Assembly (NCBI GenBank): GCA_030704615.1
Contig: CM060731.1
Coordinates: 56,544,001-56,608,000 of the forward strand
Reading direction: 5' to 3'
Source of the DNA: Takakia lepidozioides
Lineage: Eukaryota; Plantae; Bryophyta
Length of the DNA: 64,000 nt
The notes under the pieces were generated by a model. The model was not told the origin of the DNA. It saw only the letters and a list, made by a program, of their open reading frames with translations, and did no database searches. The stretch's first letter is position 1. Each line of letters opens with the position of its first letter. Of the stretch, positions 27,469-39,099 are shown in pieces. The translations under genes and the position numbers were made by a program.

Positions 27469-27790
27469 TCACTGCACCCAAGGAGCCATGACATTGGTAT
27501 TGTTCAGCACATACAAAATTTGTGCTGCATCTCTCCCAGCTCTAGTCATGTCCCGCTTTTTGCCGACACCTTCGAAGACCTCGTCCTCAACCCCTTCCTC
27601 CGCATTTGCATCCCAAATCCGCCGTTGAGTTGCATCAAATGATTGCATATACTCAGTCATGGAGCTCATGTCCTCATCCAGAACATACCCTGTAGTCGTA
27701 CTCCATTCTGGCTTTGTGTAATTCCTAACGTATCCCTAAGATCTTTCATGTAACGCTCCATGGGATACATCCACCGTGAAGACACTGGAT
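27469..27790 (-). mobile_element. CACTA transposase remnant (DUF4218), second family
   Basis: PVSSRWMYPMERYMKDL / YVRNYTKPEWSTTTGYVLDE...TEYMQSFDATQRRIWDA; frameshifted. Confidence 0.8.
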
Positions 27791-27894
27791 GAACAGTTTT
27801 GTTTATCTCCATGGAATACATCTATGTGCTCACTTGTAACCACTAAAATGAATTTTAAGAAAAAAATCAAAGTGCAAAAGATTTAAAAAAAAAC

Positions 27895-28106
27895 ACATCG
27901 GCTGGTAAGTGCAGAGTGTGTCATCCTGGTGGTTCAGGGTTCAAACCCGCTGCATTACCCCATGTGTGGGATTGTTTGTGACGACGGTATGTCTGGGCGT
28001 TGATCCTCCTGTAGGTCTCATGGCCCATAAATGAAAGGGGGTTAATTTTTCCCCCTCCTCAAGGGCCTGAGGTTTCCTTTAAAATTTATTTAAAAAAAAA
28101 AACAAA
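27895..28106 (+). mobile_element. tRNA-derived SINE-like element
   Basis: B-box GGTTCAAACCC at 27938, weak A-box upstream, A-rich tail at ~28092-28106. Confidence 0.4.
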
Positions 28107-28212
28107 AAGTTGCTTATAGGGTTTGTAAAAAGGTTAAAAAACTTTTAAAAATTGCCCATCACGTATGTCCAATATATACATACTTTCGGGGGGGAATTTC
28201 AAATGTGTGCAT

Positions 28213-28290
28213 GTAGCGTACTAGTAAGGGCTCTTCTTGCGTGTCGCGGGGTCGCGGGTTCAAACTCCTCGCGTTGTTTTTTTCCCCCTC
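28213..28290 (+). mobile_element. tRNA-like SINE head
   Basis: TAGCGTACTAGTAAG (A-box-like) ... GGTTCAAACTC (B-box); cloverleaf stems do not pair. Confidence 0.3.
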
Positions 28291-28986
28291 ATGCACTAAG
28301 CCCCACTAAGCCCAGCCCCACTAAGCCCTATCGTTGCTGTGCACACTAAGTCCTCGTGCAGGTTGGTCTTAGCAGGTCGCATTTCAATCTCTGCTCACTC
28401 AGCTGCACCGTGGCGGTTCTCATGGACAATCCGACATTACCTGACTACATACACAAGCAGCACACACAAGAGGTCCGTTTGGGTTCATGGTCTGTCACAT
28501 CCTCCATGGGTCATGACACAAGGTCGATGACAATGTGGTGAGGGCACCTTCTTCTTCGACCTATTTCAGCCTGTTTTGCCCTCTCATCAGACTCGGCCCT
28601 GAATTTGCAGCACGGAGCAGAGCTCGCATGAGTTTTTTACAGATCCTTCATGATGGTGGGACAATCGCAATCGCAAGGTGTGGCTTTTTCTTAATGTAGG
28701 ATGTGAAGAAGTTTGTCCATCCTGCAAATGTGGGCTTTTGGCTCCTGTTAGTACCATGATTTGGTATTCTTCCTAATGTTTACAAGGTTTTTGGGAGAGT
28801 CAGCTTGGTCTTAGCAGGTCGTGTTTCAATCTCTGCTCACTTAGCTGCACCATGGTGGTTCTCATGGACCAATGCGATGTTTTTTTTTTTTCCCTCAAGC
28901 ACTAAGCCCCACTAAGCCCTATCGCTGCTGCGCACTTAAGTCCTCGCTGATGTTTACAAGGTTCTTGGGATAGTCAGCTTGGTCCA

Positions 28987-31485
28987 GGGTATGCACGGCA
29001 GGGACGTGGGATGGAGGCTTTGGAGACCTATGAGCAAATGATGGGGGAAGCACATCGTGTTTGTGTGCATTTGCAATGCTGGTGCAAGCCTGGCAGCCCT
29101 GGAGAAGGGCTAGAGGTGCATGGGGATATCATCAAAGCTGGAATTGTGCCAAATGTCAATCTGAACACTGCCCTCGTAGCTTTGGAAAAGGGGAAAGAGG
29201 TACATGGCGTCATCTTCAGAGCTGGAATTGTATCAGATGTCATTCTGAACAATACCCTGGTGAACATGTTTGCAAAATGTGGGTGCATCTAGGATGCAAA
29301 GGGAGTGTTTGACACTATGGTTGAATGAGATGTGGTGTCGTGGAGTGTGATGTTTGCAGGGTATGCACGACAGGGACGTGGGATGGAGGCTTTGGAGAGC
29401 TATGAGCAGATGATGGGGGAAGAACATCATGTTTGTGTGCATTTGCAATGTGCGTACAAGCCTGGCAGCCCTGGAGAAGGGCAAGACATGCAATGGGATA
29501 TTACCAAAGCTGGAATTGTGCCAAATGTCAATCTGAACACTGCCCTAGCAGCTTTGGAAATGGGGAAAGAGGTGCATGGCGACATCTTCAGAGCTGGAAT
29601 TGTACCAGATGACATTCTGAACAATACCCTGGTGGACATGTTTGCAAAATGTGGGTGCATCTAGGATGCAAAGGGAGTGTTTGACACTATGGCTGAACGA
29701 CATGTGGTGTCATGGAGTGCGATATGATGTGCTTGCAGGGTATGCACAGCAGGGATGTGGAATGGAGGCTTTGGAGAGCTATGAGCAAATGATGGGGGAA
29801 GCACATCATGTTTGTGTGCATTTGCAATGCTTGTGCAAGCCTGGCAGCCGGCCTGGAGAGGGGCAAAGAGGTGCATGGGGATTTCATCAAAGCTGGAATT
29901 GTACCAAATGTGAATCTGAACACTACCCTGGCAGCTCTAGAAAAGGGGAAAGAGGTCCATGGCGACATCTTCAGAGCTGGAATTGTACCAAATGTCAGTC
30001 TGAACCATACCCTGGGGGACATGTATGCGAAATGTGGGTGCATCGAGCCTGGACGAGAGGTGCATGGGGTATCATCAAAGCTGGAATTGTACCAAATGTC
30101 ATTATGAACACTACCCTGGCAGCTCTGGGAAAAGGGGAAAGAGGTCCATGGCGACATCTTCAGAGCTGGAATTGTACCAAATGTCAGTCTGAACCATACC
30201 CTGGTGGACATGTATGCAAAATGTGGGTGCATCGAGCCTGGACGAGGGCAAAGAGGTGCATGGGGTATCATCAAAGCTGGAATTGTACCAAATGTCGTTA
30301 TGAACACTGCCCTGGCAGCCCTGGAAAAAGGGGAAAGAGGTCCATGGCGACATCTTCAGAGCTGGAATTGTAAACCATACCCTGGTGGACATTTATGCAA
30401 AATGTGGGTGCATCGAGCCTGGACAAGGGCAAAGCGGTGCATGGGGTATCATCAAAGCTGGAATTGTACCAAATGTCATTATGAACACTGCCGTGGCAGC
30501 TTTGGAAAAAAGGGAAAGAGGTCCATGGCGACATCTTCAGAGCTGGAATTGTACCAAATGTCATTCTGAACCATACCCTGGTGGACATGTTTGCAAAATG
30601 TGGGTGCAAAGGGATCTAGGATCTAGGATGCAAAGGGAGTGTTCGACACTATGGCTGAACGAGATGTGGTGTCGTGGAGTGCGATGCTTGCAAGGTATGC
30701 ACGGCAAGGACGTGGGATGGAGGCTTTGGAGACCTATGAGCAAAGGATGGGGGAAGCACATCATGTTTGTGTGCATTTGCAATTCTTGTGCAAGCCTGGC
30801 AGCCCTGGAGAAGGGCAAGAGGTGCATGGGGATATCATCAAAGCTGGAATTGTGCCAAATGTCAATCTGAACACTGCCCTAGCAATTTTGGAAAAGGGGA
30901 AAGAGGTCCATGGCGACATCTTCAGAGTTGGAATTGTACCAGATGTCATTCTGAACAATACCCTGGTGAACATGTTTGCAAAATGTGGGTGCATCTAGGA
31001 TGCAAAGGGAGTGTTCGACACTATGGCTGAACGAGATGTGGTGTCGTGGAGTGCGATGCTTGCATGGTATGCACGGCAGGGACGTGGGATGGAGGCTTTG
31101 GAGAGCTATGAGCAAATGATGGGGGAAGCACATCATGTTTGTGTGCATTTGCAATGCTTGTGCAAGCCTGGCAGCCGGCATGGAGAAGGGCAAGAGGTGC
31201 ATGGGGATATCATCAAAGTTGGAATTGTGCCAAATGTCAATCTGAACACTGCCCTGGCAGCTTAGGGGAAAGAGGTCCATGGCGACATCTTCAGAGTTGG
31301 ATTGTACCAAAATAAAACCTTGGTGAACATGTTTGCAAAATGTGGGTGCATCTAGGATGCAAAGGGAGTGTTCGACACTATGGCTGAATGAGATGTGGTG
31401 TCGTGGAGTGCGATGCTTGCATGGTATGCACGGCAGGGACGTGGGAAGGAGGCTTTGGAGAGCTATGAGCAAATGATGGGGGAAG
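28987..31485 (+). repeat. Tandem array derived from a pseudogenised PLS-PPR triplet (~372-bp units with ~190-bp internal subunits)
   Basis: Units start at ~28987, 29359, 29738, 30693, 31065, 31422; encode YARQGRGMEALE, KEVHGDIIKAGIVPNV, LVNMFAKCGCI*, MAERDVVSWSAM with shared frameshifts and TAG. Confidence 0.9.
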
Positions 31486-31499
31486 GGGGGGCACCTTCT

Positions 31500-34437
31500 T
31501 CAATAGCACAACGGCTACGAGTGGGCTGTGGACCACAGTCCTAGATCATGGTATGTCATCAGACCTTTAACAGACCTTGTCGGTGACCATGAACGCATAC
31601 CTTCTCGCAGACTTTATCCCAGACCATGTGAACCATGACAACCAACAGACCTTGTGAAGCAGACCACGTGAACCAGCAAACCCCCATGTATTCTTCCATT
31701 TGTGAGCAGACCAGGGATGAGTGCTTTGTTTCTGACAATGTTTCTGACATTGTTGCAGAGTACGACCCGGAGGACGAGCTTGTTTGGAATGCTCTGGACC
31801 AATACGCCAATGGCGCATGACAGCTTCTAAGAGCCCTCCGTGGCCATACTAGCGTCGAGTCACCCATTAAATGCAGGCTCATTGGAGTTCATACAACAGT
31901 AGACCCTTCATTTACACAGAACCCAACTCCTATGGAGACCCAGCAGGACCGCAGCGAGCAGACCGTGGAGCGAGCAGACCCTTCCCAGCAAAATCCCAAG
32001 TACCGACATGCAAACCAGCAGACCTTGTCGATGGAGAACAAGGAACAACAGACCCCCAACTGGATTATCAGTACTCCCCAACCAGACAATGTGGTGGGAC
32101 ACCCAAAGTCCGAGGCCTTTTTTCTCGAATCGTTGGCCAGACTTCGTGAGACTTGTTTGGGTGACAAAAACTTACTGACTTTTTCCAACTTGTCCTTGCC
32201 AAAACAGACTTTCGTGGAGGCATTGCACACCTTACCCGAAATTACTGGGGAGACCTTGGTTATGCATGCTTTTCCAGATAACACCTTCCAGAACACCTTC
32301 TATGAGCAGACCTTTCCAGATCAGCGGGCACCCATCTTACATCAGATGCAGACCTTCCCACCGTCCACCTTCCTAGAGCAAACCGCTACGGTGGACAGCA
32401 GACCAGAGCATACTAGAGCAAACCAGACCACACCACACCACACCACACCAGAGGAGTCCCCACTAGACCAGACCAGACCAGAGCGAATGACTCCAGACGA
32501 GACGAGTGCACAAGAGACTAGACCCTAGAAGACCAGAGGATACCAGACCACACGACACCACACTAGACCGTATCAGAGTAGACCTTTCCCGACCAGTGCA
32601 GACCTGATCAGACCTTGCCGGAGGACACCCTGCCCGGTACATTGCTTGACAACAGCACCGCATAAGTGCATCGCGACACAGGTATGGATGCTAACACCTC
32701 CAACATCAGCAGACCCTGCCAGTGCAGGACATCAGATCATCTGACATTCGTGAAGACCTGGCGGAAAAAACCCAGGAAGCGACGCCGATCCTCCCTGGCA
32801 CTTACAAGTTGCCGAAAATGAGAGGATCAATTCCTTTCCCCCCCACTGCACCATCTGCTGAGAAGCAGAGAATGGTAGTGGACCTTACCCTTGTCACCAA
32901 ACCTTCTGACACAGCACGACCTGAACAGTACTGAGAAGGCGCCAGTGCTCATTTATCCATAGTACAGACCAATTCTCCAATTGTAACTATGGACTATGAC
33001 AGTGACACTTTGGACTGTGACCTTCCCCATCTGTTAGAGGCAAGGTCTACAGAAGATGAGGATGTATCTTTGGCCGTTTTGCCACTTAGTTGTGTGGACC
33101 CCGACTCGTCTGTAGACCCACAAGTGGCGTTAGACCAATCCGTTGATAGGGTGCTCTTTATGTTCGACTCCACCACTGAGAAGGTAGACCCCACAGCAGA
33201 CCTTTCAGCAGACCTTTTGGAAACCCATGCACATATTTTTGTCCATTCTCATTCTCTGGATCCAGTCACTGTAGTCAAAGATGTACCTGCCACAGGAGTG
33301 GTGCAATTGCAGACACCCACAGCGCCCACAAAGGTCTGATTCCATTGCATTTTTACAATCCAATTTTTTTTTCGGGTGCATTTGGGTGGTCATTGCTAAG
33401 GTTTTGTGGTCTGATCTTCATGTGAAGGTTCTGGCGTTTGAGGTCTCAGCTCATGGTCCGTTGCAGGTGCTCAACATGGGGTCAAGCACAAAGGGTGGAC
33501 CAGTAGTGATAACCCCCACTGTAGGGGCCAGTTCGACCCATGGAGTGCAAGAAGCGTCTAGAACGGGACCACAGAGTGTCAATAAACCCCAGGACAAAAT
33601 CTTGTTGTGAAGCCGAGCTAGCCAGCTCCGGGAGGGTATGAAGGAGACGGCTGTTGCATTGGAAAAGAAGTTGGATGAACCTGCTTCAGCAAATAGAGCG
33701 ACGGTAGCTGGGAAGAAGCGCATACCATGGCGTGGCAGACCCGAGGCAAAAAACAATTCCCCCCAAAAAAGGCGCTCCATGGGTCTGCTCCTGATGTGGT
33801 TGCCGTTCATCCGCTCCATTGCCCTACTCCATTGGTCTGTTCGTTGGGTCTGGTACCGTATCCGTTGTAGGTCTGGTCTTTCTGGGTGTGGTCTCATTCT
33901 CTCGGAGCCATACCATTGGCCATCGACGCCCAACTGGATCTATCAATTGCATTGGTGTAGTCTTTGGTGGCATAATGTTTTTTTTCCAAATTGGATTTAA
34001 GACCTCTGAACAACAACAACAACAACAGGCGATAGGCAACAGAGAAAAGAGAAAAGAGCAAATGGGGTCTGAGGAGATCAGCAAGTGCCATGGCATGCCC
34101 TAAATTTGGACGGTCTGGATAAAACCGGATCTGGATGGGCAGATGCGCGCCACGTAGGTCTGGGTCTGTTGTGCCGGTCTGGGGTGGTCTGCCGGACGAC
34201 ATGCGCCACTAGCGGGCAAACCCCAGCCTTGGGCGGACCTAGCGGCGACCGCGGGTGGCTGTGGGCCTGCCGACCGCGCTGCACGGCTAGTAGATGGGGG
34301 TGGGCGGGGGAGGCCGACCCCGCGTCGGTGCGCGCCCTGTCCCACACGCGACATAAACTCCCAATTATTCAAAAATGAGAGGCATTTATAAGTATGTGGA
34401 GTAATTTTCTGGAAGGTTTCTTCATTATAAATTTCCG
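31500..34437. mobile_element. AGACC-rich TE segment with a MULE-like terminus, probably the distal part of the element starting ~19.9 kb
   Basis: Same AGACC motif (plus strand to ~33340, mostly GGTCT afterwards); low-complexity QT/RP-rich ORFs; GC-rich then AT-rich end ...ATTATAAATTTCCG; matching left TIR and TSD not found. Confidence 0.45.
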
Positions 34438-37400
34438 GATTTCAGTAAAAAAGTGTATAGTGGCCCATTCATCCCCTTATTCACGGTGGTTGAATACAAG
34501 CAAACAAAGTCTTATGTATTGTACAAGTAGTGGACCCCCTCTGCCTCTAATTCCCCACACTGTCACAGTTTCCAAGAATCACTACGGTATGTACCGAAGG
34601 CTCTACACCTCGTCGACTATGACAATTGTTCTTGCTGGCTGTGTGACAATCTATACCTCAGGAGTGGCATCCCAGTGGTCAGTACTAAGCCATGGCGTGT
34701 TGTGGCAAAGAGGACTTCCCTCATGATGCTCTCCCACAACACAGAACTAGTGGGACTAGAATCTATTGAAAACCGAGTACCTACTCTCCAAGATCAGATC
34801 GCCCACTTGGATATTTGATGGCTTGGATCATTTTCAGGATAATTCTGGAGCCCATGCTAAATAAAAAGGAAGTCGTGATTCTCACAATGCTGGTGCTGCA
34901 TGAACTTCTTGCAACCTACCTCATGAGTTCAGATGTTTGAAAGGAGCCATGAATCTGCTCGTTGACACATCATGCTCATTGGTAGTCAGTGCGTTGCAAA
35001 ATAGATTCGATCAATGCTGCAACTACAAATTTTGAAGTACAAGCTGATTTTCCACATAGTATGTGCATCCGTTCATTGCCTACCAGCGCGATTACATTTC
35101 AAGATCTCAAGTCACTGGCAAACACTCAACACCTTCGAAAGAAGCTGTTCAAAATTGCTAGGAGCTCGGAAATTTCCAGACTGGTGGAGCTTGCCTCAGC
35201 TAGATTCCTACTAAGGGTTTGACAAAGGAGTTTACAAGCTTCCAACTTTTAAGAGTAGGGGAGGAGAAAGACAAATCAGAATTAACCCAACAGAGCAGAA
35301 TTGCCTCTCTGGCACGCTTGGTTACACGAATTCTAGAGGTATTAATAGTGCGGGAACTGGGGGCCGATTAAGCGAGCATTCAGAATAAACACCACTCGAA
35401 TACCTTGCCCAAATTGTGCACACTCAAATTAGGTGCGTCACGATGGATCACTGGTCCTACATAGCGGACTACGTATTGCTAGTTGTAATGGAGACAAAGT
35501 CGGTTTTTAGTGAAGCTTGACATGCGTCGTGAATTCAGGCTCCTACATAACTGCATGTGGCTGGACCGAGTGGGCCGGTAGTCTATCCTCTAGATAGTTA
35601 TTAGTGAGTGCAATGTTCACACTTCACGCCCTCTGCACTGCCCACAGTACTTCGAGGGGACTGTTTACGTTGTTATCGTACTTCCAAAGAATATGACAAG
35701 TTCATGTGGAAGCATGCCATCATATGATCCGGCTGTCGATATCCACTGAATGTCATTTACTATTTGCTGGTTGGAGGAGTCCAAACCGAAAAAGGTGGAG
35801 AATCATGTCGACGAGACTGATGAGCGCATGACAACCATCGCTGGCTGCTACAAAATCGATCGAGAAATAGAAGAAACGAACACTGAAACGACAAACTGAG
35901 AGGAAAGTGGCCGTGCGCCCGGCGTAGCCGGAAAGGCGCCGCCATTACAGTAGGCTTGGTGTGACTTGTTGAGCAAATTGCGCCCATTCCCCAGAAAGAT
36001 CGTTCCTTTGTACTTAGAGCTTTCTGACAGAGGTATATTTCCTTCCTTAAGTGCAACCCAACGTGCTAAACGAGTTCTTATAGACTGCAAGACCCTCATG
36101 GAGCCTTACCGTTAGCTTAGGGTTTGACTGATGATGAGCTACAAATCACATTAGGAGACTTGATGACAAGATACACTGCACTGCACAGCAACCAAGCAGC
36201 CACTAAAACTCGGGGCGTTTACTGGATGATCTACAAAGACAAACGCTTCCATATTGGACAACCTGGTTAGCTCTATTTCTGATTATACAATAACCAGTGA
36301 CAACCTTTGCCGCCATAGCTGCTTTGATGATCTGTTTGAATCCAGCTCTGAACTCTGAACCGCCCATAATAATATAAATCTCCCTCCAGAGGCGGAACTA
36401 ACAATCTAATAACGAACTCTTGGACTGCAAGAAATCTTTTGTCGCTACTGCAACCAACGAAATGGACCTGGGTACTTGCGAAGCAGTAAAGGCCTGCACT
36501 GCCCTTACACCCAATATTAGCTGCACGTGCCCCCAAACACCTGCGAGTGACGGAACCGTGACATTCGGCGCTCTGTTGACCCTCAAAACGAGCCCAGGAC
36601 CTGTGACCGATAGGCTATGAGCTCTCGGATGGAATGGGCAGGTTGCTCTTTACGGATTCCATATGTACATTGAGAATCAGAGCAGCGTCACTCATCAGCG
36701 TGGTACTACATGTAACTCCAGTGCATGTGTGGTGACCGTTGCGAGGAGTGTCTCCCATTGATTTCTAGCTTGTCGCATCATGGTTTTGTTGAGACTGTAG
36801 ACTACAAGCAGCACTAGTACCAGTCTCCAGATCACTCGATGGTTGTGGACAACTTCCAACCGTCTTCCTCAGAATACGCACACTCAACAAACGTATCTTC
36901 CAAAGATATCATGTTCACTCAACACTCTTCCTTGCTGCACATGAATTTGCACCGAGAGACTAGATCCAAAGTAATTGCAGTTGTAATGTCAAACTTGAGG
37001 GTAAGGTGTGAGGGTTATCTGTCTGGGAGGCGGGTTAATTGCGTCCTCACTCATTTTATTTTAACATTTTTCAAAAAAGGATCTCCGGGAGCGGCTGCCA
37101 AGTTGCTCCTGGCGGCGCACTCGGTTAATAAAATGTGTAGGGTCCATAGCCTAGAAACAATCTTCATCTTCTCCAAAGTCCGCGTGTGCAGCTTGAGGAC
37201 TCAGTCTTGGCCGTCAGTACTTCCTCAGCGGTTTGAGGTAAGTGCACAACGTGCGTATGACGCTTGTCATTGGAATTGTATCCATCTGCATGGACTCAGT
37301 CCCGTATCAAGTACTATATATGCAGATTGACAATGACTCGATAGTCGAACAAAATGCCTGATACCTTCACATTCATTCGCTGGAAATAAATGCGACGGCA

Positions 37401-38813
37401 AAGTAGCGGCACTGCGCCAGGCAGTATTGATCTCTAGAGAGCCTTCCTGTAGGAGTGGATTGGAGCCTGTTGGGTTTCCAGCATGTGCATTGCGACCTTC
37501 ACAAACTCTAAGAATCACTATGGGCAAACATTCATGAATAGTTGCCCATTCATGAATAGCAACTAAATCTCACGATAGAAGAATCTCAATTGTACGTAGC
37601 TAAAAGGAGGTAGGTAGCTGTTGTACAGACAGTCACTCTCTCAAAACAGCCATTCACAACTGGTAACTTTAGTGCGTTTTGGAGTTCTTGGCTGTCAGCT
37701 GAGTTCAGCCCTTCCAACTTTCTAGCAGTGATTGAAGACAGGGAGTGGGTATGTATGCAGGAGAAACATAGAAGGTACCTAGGTACACGAGCAAGGACTG
37801 CAGTGCAGAGGCAGGCCGCAGACAGGATGTGAAAGAGACAAAGCGAAGAGACAGCGAAAGCGGCTCCCTGTATATTTGGCTCCCGCATTAACTGGAGCCG
37901 GCGCCGGTTTTTGACTTTTAAAGCCGGAGACCTATCCGTATCGTACCATGATCGGCTATACCTACTGCGTTATACAGGTATGCTGCAGTGACCGTAGTTG
38001 GAGTTATAACTCTAATAATACTATTAATAAAGGAATTACCTACACCCAAGGCAGCATTCACTCGGCCATAAAGGCCGGAGTCCAAGTTATTATTATTGCA
38101 CCATCACATTCGTATTACTGATTCAATGACTACAAAATCGAGTGAATAATTGCAGAATGAGATTTGAATGTGCGTTCATTGTTTCCACTTTTTGTGTTTA
38201 CATTCGGAGCTGCCCACCTGAATTATTACACATAATTTGGAATATCTAGATTTATGGGGAATTAATAAAGAGAAAACGATGATGACCATGATTGTCTTCT
38301 TCTCTCAATCAGCGATTGGGCTTCTGGAAACAAATAAATGAAATTGATCGGGATTAAATAGATTCATGGCTATATATCTCATAGGAAACAGTGAGAGCTC
38401 AGTTGGATAGTGCACAGACTGCCACCCAGATGATTCTGGGGTCGAATCGAAAGAAAACGGAAATTAGAGATCGCACAAGGTAAAAAGTAAAAGTATGTGT
38501 CATCCCAAACTTACCGGCACCATCTTTGTTTTTTCATCCGCCTTCCCAACAGTAAATGGAAGAAAATGAACTTGATAAAAGATACACATCAATGCTCATT
38601 GACTGCTGCAAAGGTGATCTTGGGTTCAATTTCGATTACCGTTGTATGTCGTTACTACTCATAAAGGTACTTTACTCATTTCCCAAATCGTAGAGTATCC
38701 AGACACTGAATGTATGTATACGTAGTATGTCCTGTATACGCGATTTCGAAATTCCTGGAGATAATACGGGGTAGCCGTGGCGGCGCAGGTGCAGTGGGGC
38801 AGCCCCTCTTTAC

Positions 38814-38838
38814 GAGAGAGAGAGAGAGAGAGAGAGAG
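38814..38838. repeat. (GA)n microsatellite upstream of the LRR-RLK
   Basis: Perfect GA run. Confidence 0.85.
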
Positions 38839-39099
38839 GGACAAGCGCACACTGGAGCTCCACGCTACTTTGGACTAGTGCCCGCTCTCAGAGATCCTGG
38901 CAGGGAGAGTGTGGGGGAAGCGAACAATTCATAGGCGCCAAGGAAGGTAGATAGGTTGGGGAGATGGTAGAGAATGGCAGTAGTAAACGAGAATTTTTGA
39001 TGGAGAGACGGACGGATGGTTATGCGGGCAGATTAGATCCTTAGCGAGAGAAAGAAGGAGAAAGGAGGTTGAGAGCCTGAGAGAGAGGGACAGAGTGCA

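Noticed and set aside
29011-31265. Functional PPR genes from the many short ORFs
   Set aside because: Every unit has shared frameshifts and stops, and no splice pattern rescues a frame.
37519-37565. Overlapping palindromes around ATTCATGAAT as a regulatory element or miRNA
   Set aside because: Too short for a pre-miRNA, single occurrence, no supporting context.
38392-38450. tRNA gene (AGCTCAGTTGGATAG A-box, CTGCCAC loop, GGGTCGAATC B-box-like)
   Set aside because: Acceptor, anticodon and T stems do not pair; at most a decayed SINE head.
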